A stretch of 64,000 bases of DNA from Candidatus Falkowbacteria bacterium. GTDB taxonomy: Bacteria > Patescibacteriota > Patescibacteriia > UBA11705 > JABHMO01. The number at the start of each line of letters is the position of its first letter. Position 1 is the first letter of the stretch. The notes beneath the pieces are model-generated. The model was not told where the DNA came from. It did not search any database and saw nothing but the letters and a program-made list of their open reading frames with translations. The stretch lies in NCBI GenBank assembly GCA_018693855.1, contig JABHMO010000043.1, positions 72,154 to 136,153 of the forward strand. The letters run 5' to 3'. Both the position numbers and the translations under genes were made by a program. Positions 30,254-40,035 of the stretch are shown here, one piece after another.

Positions 30254-30617
30254 TGGATTCCTGCCTACGCAGGAATGACGATTTGAAGGTACGTTATTCC
30301 AATACACCAAGGGGTCTGGGGGGCGACTGTCTAAGCGTCATTAATCAACGCACAAAAAGTCGCTAAATAGAACATAGTGAGTTTTAGCTCCCCAGCAGTT
30401 TTCTTGCCTTGCCGAAGCTTATGTAATAGCGAAGGCGGGTGGTTACTTTTGGCGCCAAAAGCAACTCGACCGAGAGGGCGAAAAATCAACGCAGCAAACA
30501 ATATTCAATTTTCGACATATTTTCACCGAATCCACAAATTTTACCTGGTGTATTATAAAGATCCCTCCAGCCCATCCTACGCTAATAGCTTCGGAGGGCA
30601 GGCAAGGTCGGGATGAC
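30254..30617. repeat. Cluster of several nested REP-like palindromes
   Basis: tggattcctgcctacgcaggaatgac; ctgggg..ccccag multi-stem; cttgccttgccgaagc..gcgaaggcggg; gttacttttggcgccaaaagcaac; gatccc[..]gggatgac. Confidence 0.7.
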
Positions 30618-30640
30618 AAAAGATTAAGAGAACAAACACA

Positions 30641-31459
30641 CTATCCAAAAAGCTTCACCAACTTCTTCCAATCATCCAACTCCAACTCCTGAGCCCTCAC
30701 ATTCTCATCCAAACCTAACTCTTCAAAAAAACTATGCAATAATTTTTTATCAAAACTTTTACCTAAATTCCCAATCAACTTCTTTCGTTTGCTTGAAAAT
30801 CCAGTTTTAATTAACTTGAAAAACAGATCCTGCTCTTTCCGAGATAAGTCAGATTTCAACAACTCGAGCCGAATCACAACACTCTTAACTTTTGGGGCCG
30901 GAAAAAAACAGCTTTCTGAAACAGTGAACAAAATTTTCGGTTTGGAAAAAAGCTGTACACTCAAAGCTAAAATATTCATGTCCGGCGACTTCGCCAACAT
31001 CCTCTCCCCCACTTCCTTCTGAATCATCAAAACCATTTCACTTGGTTTGTTTTTGGCTTCTAAAAATTTTCTAATGAAATTACTGGTAATCGAGTATGGC
31101 AAATTAGCAACAATCTTATAATTCTTCCCTAAATTTTTCGTAATTTCCTTTTCCTCAACTTTCAGAACATCCTTATGAAGCAACTTCAAATTAGAGGATT
31201 CACTATACTCATCCTCTAAAAATTGATGTAATTTTCGATCAAATTCAACTGCCAACACCTTTTTTGACTTATCAATCAACTTTGCTGTTAACGATCCAAA
31301 TCCAGGCCCCACCTCCAAAACTCGATCAGTTTTTTTTATATTCGATTCACGTACAATTTTATTCAAAATATTATCATCAATCAAAAAATTCTGCCCACGC
31401 AACTTCGTAGGATGAATCCCCAACTTTTCCAAGTTTTCCATCAAAACAGATATTTTCAT
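30641..31459 (-). CDS. rsmA: 16S rRNA m6,2A dimethyltransferase
   Basis: GQNFLID, LEVGPGFGSLT, VANLPYSIT, FFPAPKVKS. Confidence 0.96.
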   Translation of the reverse strand: MKISVLMENLEKLGIHPTKLRGQNFLIDDNILNKIVRESNIKKTDRVLEVGPGFGSLTAKLIDKSKKVLAVEFDRKLHQFLEDEYSESSNLKLLHKDVLKVEEKEITKNLGKNYKIVANLPYSITSNFIRKFLEAKNKPSEMVLMIQKEVGERMLAKSPDMNILALSVQLFSKPKILFTVSESCFFPAPKVKSVVIRLELLKSDLSRKEQDLFFKLIKTGFSSKRKKLIGNLGKSFDKKLLHSFFEELGLDENVRAQELELDDWKKLVKLFG

Positions 31460-31462
31460 AAA

Positions 31463-32101
31463 CTATATTTTCATTGACTTAATTTCAGACGCAATACGTT
31501 TTGCTAATTTTGCATGTTCTGCAGAGTCAAAATGCACACCATCAGTACCAACTGGCAAATCACTTGAATCTACTAATTTACAACCATTCGTTTTTGCTAT
31601 TTGAGAATATGTTTTTTTAAATAACTTAGATTTCGCCGTACCACCAACGTAGTATTTAGCATAATCAGTTTTTTCATTAATAATGGGAGGAACAACCAAA
31701 ACTAATTTCGGCTGTATAGATCTAAATTGCGATTTTCTTGCCAAGATAACTTTCACAAAATGCTTTTCCAGCAATTTTCCAATCTGTTTTGTTGTTTTTC
31801 GATAACTTGCCTTTAACTCATTTGTACCTAACATAAGAACAACTGCGTCAATGGGATCATGAGAATCTAAACATGGAATAATATATTGACTTCCGCTTCT
31901 CCCCTCTTTCCCTGGCCGTTTGTCATCAGAAACCAACGTTCGACTAATCAATCCTTCTTCAATAATTTCAAAATTACGTCCAAGTAATTTTTGCAAAACT
32001 TTTGGAAACCGAATATTCTCTCCAAATCTTTCATGATCAGAATCAGGAATATATCCCCAGACATAAGAATCGCCAAAACATAAGATCCTCTTTTTGCTCA
32101 T
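31463..32101 (-). CDS. SGNH/GDSL hydrolase (start moved to MSKKR)
   Basis: CFGDSYVWG, MLGTNE, DGVH. Confidence 0.88.
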   Translation of the reverse strand: MSKKRILCFGDSYVWGYIPDSDHERFGENIRFPKVLQKLLGRNFEIIEEGLISRTLVSDDKRPGKEGRSGSQYIIPCLDSHDPIDAVVLMLGTNELKASYRKTTKQIGKLLEKHFVKVILARKSQFRSIQPKLVLVVPPIINEKTDYAKYYVGGTAKSKLFKKTYSQIAKTNGCKLVDSSDLPVGTDGVHFDSAEHAKLAKRIASEIKSMKI

Positions 32102-32108
32102 ATAGTTA

Positions 32109-33119
32109 TTATTCTTCAAAATCAAGTTTCAAATAATCTAAGACGTCCAGTTTCTTTTCTTCAGAAATAAACTCTGGTTGATTATCGTTAATTTTAATTG
32201 GGTAAAAATCTATCTTCTTAACACCCTCCAAAGAAAAAGAAACTTGAGCAATCACACCTTGCAAGGCGGTTGCTGGCCAATTTTCAGGATAGATTAAGTT
32301 ACCTAAACCGTATAAGATATACTTGTTTTTATATACTTCTGTCTGCTGAACGAGATTTGTTCCATTACCAATAACTAAATCAGCTCCTAAATCAATCGCC
32401 CTGCGAGCAAACGATTCCTGAGTTTTTGAGACGGTTCGTTTATTCTCAAGACCTGAATGCATAGAAACAATCAAGAAGTTAACTTGTTCACGATACTTTT
32501 TCATATCTTTTTCCAAATCTTGCAGATTCATCATAAAAACACCAGCCGTAGTTTCGGTTGCTTGATGAATTGCTGGACCATAACTGTAACAAAGGAATCC
32601 AAACTTAACGTTCTCAACTTCTACAATTGCCAATTTATTCTGATCACTATTCACTGATGCCCCACAAAAATCGATCTCACTATTTTGCAACAGCTGAACA
32701 GTTTCAATCAAATCATCTTGACCATTCTCCATCACCTTATCATTCGCTAAATCAACAATTGCAATATTATTATCAGACAAGAAGAAACTGTCCTCTAACG
32801 GATTGTTAATATTAGCAAAAACAAAATCTGAATCCACTAATTTTTCTTTAACTAATTGCGGTAAAGTTGAACGCTGTCTCTCAGGACTTAGCGTCAAATC
32901 TGGCGCGAAAGTTACTTTTATTTCCAAATCCTGTCTCTGTTCAAGCAACTCTTGAGCTCTTTTTTGTTTCACAAACTTATCAAGCGAAATCAAACCATCG
33001 CCCTCAAGTTGCGACACAGTGTAGATATCATCTCCGTCCAGTCCACCATTCTGCCACATTAGAAAAGCACCTGCAGCGAGGCAGACTAGACCGAATAGGA
33101 TTATAATTATTTTTTTCAT
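32109..33119 (-). CDS. CapA-family (poly-gamma-glutamate/metallophosphoesterase-like) membrane-anchored protein with degenerate motifs
   Basis: IVSMHSG.E, AIDLGADLVIG, YILYGLGNL; ANDK and GNGTN stand where ANNH and GHHPH are usual. Confidence 0.75.
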   Translation of the reverse strand: MKKIIIILFGLVCLAAGAFLMWQNGGLDGDDIYTVSQLEGDGLISLDKFVKQKRAQELLEQRQDLEIKVTFAPDLTLSPERQRSTLPQLVKEKLVDSDFVFANINNPLEDSFFLSDNNIAIVDLANDKVMENGQDDLIETVQLLQNSEIDFCGASVNSDQNKLAIVEVENVKFGFLCYSYGPAIHQATETTAGVFMMNLQDLEKDMKKYREQVNFLIVSMHSGLENKRTVSKTQESFARRAIDLGADLVIGNGTNLVQQTEVYKNKYILYGLGNLIYPENWPATALQGVIAQVSFSLEGVKKIDFYPIKINDNQPEFISEEKKLDVLDYLKLDFEE

Positions 33120-33127
33120 AGAATCGC

Positions 33128-33277
33128 AAGGAGACTATACGGGGCCAGCCCGCAATGTCTACGCATAGCGTTGCTGGCGGGCTAAACGAGGCCATTAAGG
33201 AGGCTAACCCCAAATTATGTCACTCCGGACACGCCTGCCCTCCGTAGTTTTCTAAACGAAGGTGGGATCCGGAGTCT
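33128..33277. repeat. Composite spacer: family E array with inserted family D palindrome, then a nested REP pair
   Basis: ggggccagcccgcaatgtctacgcatagcgttgctggcggg (also at 45443); gtcactccgg[cctgccctccg..ggtggg]atccggagtct. Confidence 0.8.
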
Positions 33278-33298
33278 GGCCAAGTAAAAAAGCCGAAC

Positions 33299-34396
33299 TT
33301 ACCCTTTTGCAACCTGTTTTAAGTGAGCCTCGATAAACTCGATCAAGTTACCATCTAAAACTGAGTCAACTTGATCAGTTTGAAAATCTGTTCGATGATC
33401 TTTGACCATCTTATAGGGATGTAATACGTATGATCTAACTTGATTTCCCCAGGCAGCTTCGCTGAACTCGCCTCTTAATTTCTGTTTTTCTTCCTCAACT
33501 TCAGTTTCATGATATTTTTGTAATTTTGATTTTAGAACTTTTAACGCAGTTTCCTTATTCTGCTGTTGTGATCGTTCATTTTGACAAGTCACAACGATTT
33601 TTGTTGGTAAATGAGTAATCCGAACAGCACTATCAGTTGTATTTACACCTTGCCCACCATGACCACCTGACCGATAGGTATCGATTCTTAAATCCTTTTC
33701 GTCAATTACTAGATCAACAACTTCATCTACATGAGGCAGCACTTCAGCTAAAGCAAACGAAGTGTGTCTCATCTTTTCTGCGTCAAATGGAGAAATTCTA
33801 ACTAATCTGTGAACACCTGCTTCTGATTTCAAAAACCCATATGCATTATACCCTTTTACTTCAAACATGACACTCTTTATCCCTGCTTCTGATCCTGCAG
33901 ACACATTTATAATCTGAGTTTGCCAATCATTCTTTTCCGCAAAACGTAAAAACATTCGCAACAACATCTCAGCCCAATCTTGAGCATCAGTTCCACCAGC
34001 ACCAGCGTGGATTGCCATGATCGCGTTACTATGATCATATTTATCCGAAAACATGACGTTTAGTTCCAGTTTATTCATTGTTTTTTCAATAGTAGCGAGC
34101 TGAGACTCTATCTCTTTTCTCAAATTAACGGTTTTATCATCCTTATCAATTTCAGTAATTTCAAAAAGGTCTTTCAAATCCCGTTTTACTTTGTCCCAAA
34201 TTTCAACTTCAAATTCAAGGTGACTGGACTCCTGACTAATCTTTTTTGCCCTATCATTATCAGACCAAAAACCAGACTCCCCCATTTTCGATTGAAGCAG
34301 TATTATCTCTTGACGTTTTTCATCAACTTTAGCAATCTGCCAGAGTGAGTTCAGACGGTCTTTTAGATGAGTTATTTTATTTATCAAATCTTGCAT
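33299..34396 (-). CDS. prfB: Peptide chain release factor 2 (continuous ORF)
   Basis: GAGGTDAQDW, LVRISPFD (SPF), GGHGGQ, WGNQVRSYV. Confidence 0.97.
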   Translation of the reverse strand: MQDLINKITHLKDRLNSLWQIAKVDEKRQEIILLQSKMGESGFWSDNDRAKKISQESSHLEFEVEIWDKVKRDLKDLFEITEIDKDDKTVNLRKEIESQLATIEKTMNKLELNVMFSDKYDHSNAIMAIHAGAGGTDAQDWAEMLLRMFLRFAEKNDWQTQIINVSAGSEAGIKSVMFEVKGYNAYGFLKSEAGVHRLVRISPFDAEKMRHTSFALAEVLPHVDEVVDLVIDEKDLRIDTYRSGGHGGQGVNTTDSAVRITHLPTKIVVTCQNERSQQQNKETALKVLKSKLQKYHETEVEEEKQKLRGEFSEAAWGNQVRSYVLHPYKMVKDHRTDFQTDQVDSVLDGNLIEFIEAHLKQVAKG

Positions 34397-34711
34397 AGAA
34401 ATGAGTACAGGTAAATATGTGTAAAGACAAGTAAAAATATGAAAATATAAGCGAGTCTAGACAAGTCTAAGTAAATCCAAGTCTGACTACATAACCACTT
34501 AGCTCTTATCGTTCATCGCCCATTTATCTCAATTTACGTTTAAAAGACTCTAATTTCAGTTGTCCTATTTATTGGGACAACTGACCAACTTCAACTATAC
34601 GATTTTTTCGAACAGTTCTTTTTATAAAAGTTCAGTTGGTTACAACTTGTAACCAACGAACTTACCTTTGGATAAAAGTGTGATTGATTTGGATTTTTTA
34701 TCAAATTCAAC

Positions 34712-35920
34712 TTACTCTTCCCTCTCTTCCAACTTCACCTTCACAATCATTTCCTCTCCATCTCGCACAACTTTTAATTCAACCTCATCGCCAGGTTTAT
34801 ATTTAGCGATTTCATTAACAAGGGAATGAGTATCGTCTAACTGTTGGTTATTAACTTCTACAATAATATCACCTTCAGCTAAACCTGCCTTATCAGCGGG
34901 AGAATCTTCAACAACAGCTAACGCATCAGGACTGTCACCTCGGATGATCAAAGATCCATAATCAACGCTTAAACCATTCTTTTCAGCAATTGACTCATTT
35001 ATCTCGACATATCTAACTCCAAGCCAAGGACGGACAATTCTGCCATTCTCAAGCACGCTTGTAACAATAGTCTTAGCCTTATTTATAGGTATTGCAAACC
35101 CAAGAGAACTACCTTGAGCATTGATGGCTGTGTTAATTCCAATAACCTGTCCTGAAATATTTAATAACGGTCCACCAGAGTTTCCAGGATTAATAGCTGC
35201 ATCTGTTTGAATAGCGCTGTCAAGCACTTCCGCACTACCAAAACTATCACTTGCCACCACTCGACGATCAATTCCACTGACAACACCTCGAGTAACTGTA
35301 TTATTATATTCTCCGAGTGCATTGCCGATTGCAATAACAGTTTGTCCAATCTGTATATTATCAGAATCGCCCAGTTCAATTACAGCTAGATCTGTTGCTT
35401 CAATTTTCAACACAGCAATATCTAGAACTAAGTCTCTACCGAGAACAGTTGCTTTATATTCAGTTCCGTCATTTAGAATAACTGTGTAATCAGCGGCTTC
35501 ATCTTCAACGACGTGACGATTAGTCAGAACTAAACCACTTTCATCAAAAACAAACCCACTACCAGTTGCAACCTCTCTTTTCCCACTAGAATTCGGTTCA
35601 TCATAAAAAAAGAACGGCAAAACACTTGGCCCTGTTTGATCATAATAACTTTCAAGTTCTTTAGTTGCCACAATACTAACAACTGCCGGACTGGCCTTCT
35701 TCACGACCTCTATCGTTGGTGAATCTTCTGTAATACTAATAACTGTATCATCGCCTTGACTGTTCACCTGATTTGCAATATTCGTTTGCAAAAACGATCT
35801 TCCCCAAGAAGTATTTTCCAAATACGGTTTCAAAAAGAATGACCCAAAAGCACCACCGACGGCGCCTACGATTAGACTTAGTAGGATTAAGATTAGGAGT
35901 TGATTTGATAATTTATGCAT
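34712..35920 (-). CDS. htrA: HtrA/DegP-family serine protease with PDZ domain
   Basis: TNRHV, DIAVLK, QTDAAINPGNSGGPL, one PDZ. Confidence 0.9.
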   Translation of the reverse strand: MHKLSNQLLILILLSLIVGAVGGAFGSFFLKPYLENTSWGRSFLQTNIANQVNSQGDDTVISITEDSPTIEVVKKASPAVVSIVATKELESYYDQTGPSVLPFFFYDEPNSSGKREVATGSGFVFDESGLVLTNRHVVEDEAADYTVILNDGTEYKATVLGRDLVLDIAVLKIEATDLAVIELGDSDNIQIGQTVIAIGNALGEYNNTVTRGVVSGIDRRVVASDSFGSAEVLDSAIQTDAAINPGNSGGPLLNISGQVIGINTAINAQGSSLGFAIPINKAKTIVTSVLENGRIVRPWLGVRYVEINESIAEKNGLSVDYGSLIIRGDSPDALAVVEDSPADKAGLAEGDIIVEVNNQQLDDTHSLVNEIAKYKPGDEVELKVVRDGEEMIVKVKLEEREE

Positions 35921-35928
35921 ATAAAGGT

Positions 35929-36070
35929 GATGCTAATCTGCGAATGACATGCGAATGCCGCGAACGCTTCGCTATGCTAATTTACGAATTACACGAATAA
36001 TAATTATTATTATTCGTATCATTCGCAAGGACATTCGCATCATTCGCATGTCATTCGCAGATTCGCATCG
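35929..36070. repeat. Family B element copy 2
   Basis: gatgctaatctgcgaatgacatgcgaatg ... cattcgcatgtcattcgcagattcgcatc; 46 nt identical to copy 4. Confidence 0.85.
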
Positions 36071-36134
36071 CGTTCCGCGATTAACTAAATAGAACCAAAA
36101 CTTACGTTCTGGTCAAATTATATATATTTTAAAA

Positions 36135-36407
36135 TCATTTAAGTAAATTTTCTAAGAAAGAAGCTGATGGACCTTGATTGAGTTCATTCAAAGTTCCCAT
36201 TATCTCTTTGTACTGATCCATTGTACTACTGAGGTAAGGGACAGCGAAGATAAGACCAATTGCAACTGGGATTACGATGACAAGTACTTTAATCACGCCA
36301 AAAACTCGTTGCCACATAATATATCGTTTCACCTTTTGCAGATCTTCATGAATTTCCTTACTGAATTCCAAATTTTTTTTAAGAAGTTTTAATAGTTCCT
36401 CCTGCAT
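36135..36407 (-). CDS. Small single-TM hypothetical protein
   Basis: Coiled N-terminus and one TM helix; operonic context. Confidence 0.75.
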   Translation of the reverse strand: MQEELLKLLKKNLEFSKEIHEDLQKVKRYIMWQRVFGVIKVLVIVIPVAIGLIFAVPYLSSTMDQYKEIMGTLNELNQGPSASFLENLLK

Positions 36408-36415
36408 ATAGACGC

Positions 36416-36551
36416 GATACTAATCCACGAATGCATGCGAATGATACGAATGCTTCGCTATACTAATTTACGAACTACGCGAATAATTGAGTTCGTGGTG
36501 CGATTATTGGTATCGCGATTAGTATCATTAGTATTATTTGTATATTAGTAT
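36416..36551. repeat. Family B element copy 3 (diverged)
   Basis: gatactaatccacgaatgcatgcgaatgatacgaatgcttcgctatactaatttacgaactacgcgaata. Confidence 0.75.
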
Positions 36552-37244
36552 TTAAACCCCACGAAGTTCGCAAAGCTCGAACCAATCTTTTATTTCTTCT
36601 ATTATACCATCTAATTCTTTTTTTGTGTATGGACGAGTTTGACTATGTTTTGGATCGACTAGTTTTTCAGCTGGCATGAACTGCTGAATGAAGTATTTTT
36701 TTGCTCCTTTGATCTGTTGTGCCATCTCGATAATGTCTGATCTAGGATGAAGTGGTGGTAGCACAGTTGATCGAAACTCGTGTTCAACTGTTGATTCTTT
36801 TATCAGTTCAAAACTCCTTTTAATCTTTTCAACATCAATCTCACGATCAACAACTTGATTATATTTTTTCCAAGGTGCTTTTATATCCATAGCTATGTAA
36901 TCAAGCAAGTCGTCTTTAATTAAAAGCTCTATAACTTCTGGTTTTAATCCATTAGTGTCTAGTTTAACTAAAAAATTTTGATCCTTAACTTTTTTAATAA
37001 ACTCATAAAGATCTGGCTGCAAAGTCGGTTCTCCACCAGTAATACAAACCCCATCAATCAACTTCTTCCGTTCATTTAGAAACTCAAAAAACAACGACTC
37101 ATCAATCAAATCAGCGCTGCAGTTAACTAATTCCGGATTATGACAAAACGGACAGTTTAAATTACAACCAACCGTAAAAATGGTCGCTGCGACTTTACCT
37201 GGAAAATCCAGTAAAGTAGTTCGTTGTAGTCCACCGATTTTCAT
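36552..37244 (-). CDS. nrdG: Anaerobic RNR activating enzyme (radical SAM)
   Basis: TLLDFPGK, GCNLNCPFCHNP, ITGGEPT, KLDTNG. Confidence 0.93.
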   Translation of the reverse strand: MKIGGLQRTTLLDFPGKVAATIFTVGCNLNCPFCHNPELVNCSADLIDESLFFEFLNERKKLIDGVCITGGEPTLQPDLYEFIKKVKDQNFLVKLDTNGLKPEVIELLIKDDLLDYIAMDIKAPWKKYNQVVDREIDVEKIKRSFELIKESTVEHEFRSTVLPPLHPRSDIIEMAQQIKGAKKYFIQQFMPAEKLVDPKHSQTRPYTKKELDGIIEEIKDWFELCELRGV

Positions 37245-37431
37245 AGAAGATTTAAATTACTTGTACCTTTATATGTTCATCTTATCTTGATGAGTTGAGC
37301 AAGTCAAATATTTTAAATTAGCCTCATTGATAGCCTCATATAGCCCCATTAGTATTAAAAAAGCCTAAAGCAATGAGTCTTAAATTTTTAGATACTAAAA
37401 ACTTAGGACTTAAAACTTTAGGCAGAAGCAC

Positions 37432-37578
37432 CTATTCTTTTGTAGCGCAAACTTTATAGTTAGTTCTATCATCAAATTCTGCCTTTTTTCCATTGTTCCA
37501 TCTGTTGATAGGACTTAGATAACCAACGACTCTAGAATAAACCTCGCATTTTGTTCTTTCTAATTTTTGTGAAGCCAT
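37432..37578 (-). CDS. Stand-alone NrdD C-terminal glycyl-radical domain (48 aa; not in ORF track)
   Basis: Translates to MASQKLERTKCEVYSRVVGYLSPINRWNNGKKAEFDDRTNYKVCATKE; RVVGY...WN.GK..EF.DR is the class III RNR C-terminal signature. Confidence 0.9.
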   Translation of the reverse strand: MASQKLERTKCEVYSRVVGYLSPINRWNNGKKAEFDDRTNYKVCATKE

Positions 37579-37664
37579 AGTAAATAGAAATTGGAAATTA
37601 GAAATTTGAAATCAGGGTAGTCAATCAGACAAATCCTTATTTCAGTTTCATTTCCTATTTATTT

Positions 37665-39833
37665 TTATTTTTGAATTGGACTCTCAGGTTGAACAACTGG
37701 GGCAGGGGCTGCTTCTTGTGTTTGAATAGGGCTTTCAGGTTGAACTACTGGGGTAGGAACTTCCTCTAATTTTTGAGTTGGAGCTTCGACTTGATAGTTT
37801 TGTCCTTCGAAATAACCTTTTTCTTGATCACAGTAAGGACAGTATTCGTGCTCACCAGCAATATAACCATGGACTGGGCAAACACTGAAAGTTGGAGTTA
37901 AAGTAAAGTATGGTAATTTGAAATTCTCAGCAATTTTTCTAACTAATGCCTTTGTACTTTCAACTGAAGGCAACTTTTCACCAACAAACCCGTGCAAAAC
38001 TGTTCCACCTGTATATTTTGTTTGCAGGTCATCTTGCAGCTTAAGTGCTTCAAAAATATCATCAGTATGTCCAACTGGTAGATGTGATGAATTTGTATAG
38101 TATGGATCAGCACCTTGAGTTTTAACAGCTGTTTCATTAGCCGCGATAATCTCTGGATATTTTTCTTTATCAAGTTTTGCGAATCGGTATGATGTTCCCT
38201 CAGCAGGAGTTGCTTCTAGATTAAACAGTTCATTTGTTTCATTCTGATAATCCATCATCCTCTCTCTCATGAAATCAAGAACCTGACCAGCGAACCGGTG
38301 TCCTTCTTCTGTTGTTATATCAACTTTTAATAAATTGATAATCGCTTCATTTAAACCATTTAAACCGATTGTATTGAAATGATTTTTCCAATAAGTACCA
38401 AATCGTTCTTTTATTGCAGACAGATAATGTCTTGAATATGGATAAAGTCCTCCATCAATGAATTTTTCTAGAATTGTTCTCTTAATCATCAAACTTTCCT
38501 TACCAAGATCCATCAATTCTGACAATTGAGTAAAGAACTCTTCCTTCGTATTGGCAGCATATCCAATTCGAGGTAAATTAATCGTTACTACCCCAATACT
38601 TCCTGTTAATGGATTCGCACCAAACAGTCCACCACCTCGTTTTCGAAGTTCTCTATTATCAAGACGCAGACGACAACACATACTTCTTGCATCGTCTGGA
38701 CTCATATCACTGTTAATAAAGTTTGAAAAATAAGGAATACCGTACTTGGCAGTCATATCCATAATCTGCTCAATAATTGGCGCGTCCCAGTCCCAATCAC
38801 TTGTTACATTATAAGTTGGGATAGGCCAACTCAGAACTCTTCCTCGTTGATCACCTTCAAGCATTACCTCAATAAACGCTTTGTTAAACATATCCATCTC
38901 AACCTGGAACTCACCATAAGTCTCTTTCTGAGGTTTCCCTGATATAATAACTGCTTCATTTGCTAATGTTGATGGAGAAAATAGGTCTAAAGTTACATTT
39001 GTAAACGGTGTCTGGAACCCAACTCGAGTTGGTACGTTCATATTAAACAAAAATGTCTGAACTTTCTGTTTGACTTCTTCATAAGTTAATCCATCGTATC
39101 GAATAAAAGGTGCCAGTAATGTATCTAAACTAGCCACAGCTTGAGCTCCAGCAGCTTCACCTTGCAGAGTATAAAAGAAATTAACTAACTGACTCAAAGC
39201 ACTTCCAAAATGTTTCGCTGGTTTACTCTCAACTTTGCCACGAACACCGCCGAAACCACGGACCAAAAGGTCCTGAAGATCCCAACCGCAACAGTATGGA
39301 CTTAGAAGTTGCAAATCGTGAATATGTAAATCGCCAGAAACATGAGCGTTTTTAATATTTTCTGGATAGACTTTGTTCAACCAATAGTTAGCACTAATAG
39401 TTGAAGCAACGTAGTTATTCAGCCCTTGTAGAGAGTAGTCCATGTTTGAGTTTTCTTTTACTTTCCAATCAAGTTGTTTCAGGTATCCTTCCATTAGTTC
39501 ATCAGAATTAACCATTGACTCAATGTCTCTCATCTTTGATCTCTGATCACGATAAATTATGTAAGATTTAGCTACTTTGATCAGTTTCTGTTCAATTAAA
39601 ATCTCTTCTACGATATCTTGAATCTCCTCAACCGCAGGGATTGATCGTTCATGAAATTTCTTATTAATCCTTTCAACTACTAAATCAGCAACAGCTTCAG
39701 CTTTCTCCTGGTTTGGTTCACCAACAGCTCGCATTGCATTAAAAACAGCGCTATTTATATTATCTTGATCAAAATCAACAATTTTATTGTTTCTTTTCAC
39801 GATTTGGATAATCTGATTGCCTTGATAAACCAT
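37665..39833 (-). CDS. nrdD: Class III ribonucleoside-triphosphate reductase lacking its glycyl-radical C-terminus
   Basis: N-terminal ATP cone, HIHDL, RSMCCRL, EATPAEG, YYTNS, CPVH...CPYC, then a Pro/Glu tail without RVxGY. Confidence 0.93.
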   Translation of the reverse strand: MVYQGNQIIQIVKRNNKIVDFDQDNINSAVFNAMRAVGEPNQEKAEAVADLVVERINKKFHERSIPAVEEIQDIVEEILIEQKLIKVAKSYIIYRDQRSKMRDIESMVNSDELMEGYLKQLDWKVKENSNMDYSLQGLNNYVASTISANYWLNKVYPENIKNAHVSGDLHIHDLQLLSPYCCGWDLQDLLVRGFGGVRGKVESKPAKHFGSALSQLVNFFYTLQGEAAGAQAVASLDTLLAPFIRYDGLTYEEVKQKVQTFLFNMNVPTRVGFQTPFTNVTLDLFSPSTLANEAVIISGKPQKETYGEFQVEMDMFNKAFIEVMLEGDQRGRVLSWPIPTYNVTSDWDWDAPIIEQIMDMTAKYGIPYFSNFINSDMSPDDARSMCCRLRLDNRELRKRGGGLFGANPLTGSIGVVTINLPRIGYAANTKEEFFTQLSELMDLGKESLMIKRTILEKFIDGGLYPYSRHYLSAIKERFGTYWKNHFNTIGLNGLNEAIINLLKVDITTEEGHRFAGQVLDFMRERMMDYQNETNELFNLEATPAEGTSYRFAKLDKEKYPEIIAANETAVKTQGADPYYTNSSHLPVGHTDDIFEALKLQDDLQTKYTGGTVLHGFVGEKLPSVESTKALVRKIAENFKLPYFTLTPTFSVCPVHGYIAGEHEYCPYCDQEKGYFEGQNYQVEAPTQKLEEVPTPVVQPESPIQTQEAAPAPVVQPESPIQK

Positions 39834-40026
39834 AGATATAGTAATTTAAGATTAATTTTAGAAAATTAGAGAGAAAAAAAACCAGTACCCACTTGTACCT
39901 CAGTTTTCAAACTTTTCTTACCTCTATTTTACCCCATATCGAACCTTACAGCAACTTTCACAAATACTAATTTTATCATCTAAATTTCAATCAAAATCCA
40001 GCGTCGTAAATTTCTACGTTTTAAAC

Positions 40027-40035
40027 TGTGGATAA
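40027..40035 (-). promoter_or_regulatory. DnaA-box consensus upstream of nrdD
   Basis: TGTGGATAA = TTATCCACA on the minus strand. Confidence 0.45.

Noticed and set aside
37579..37664. Readthrough or frameshift fusing nrdD to the 48-aa ORF
   Set aside because: Different frames, 86-nt gap filled with a 7-bp repeat array, and the small ORF has its own typical T-ATG start; not excluded without reads
39828..39846. NrdR box at the nrdD start (ttaCTATATCTATGgt)
   Set aside because: Misses conserved positions of the consensus and has no second box; too weak in AT-rich DNA
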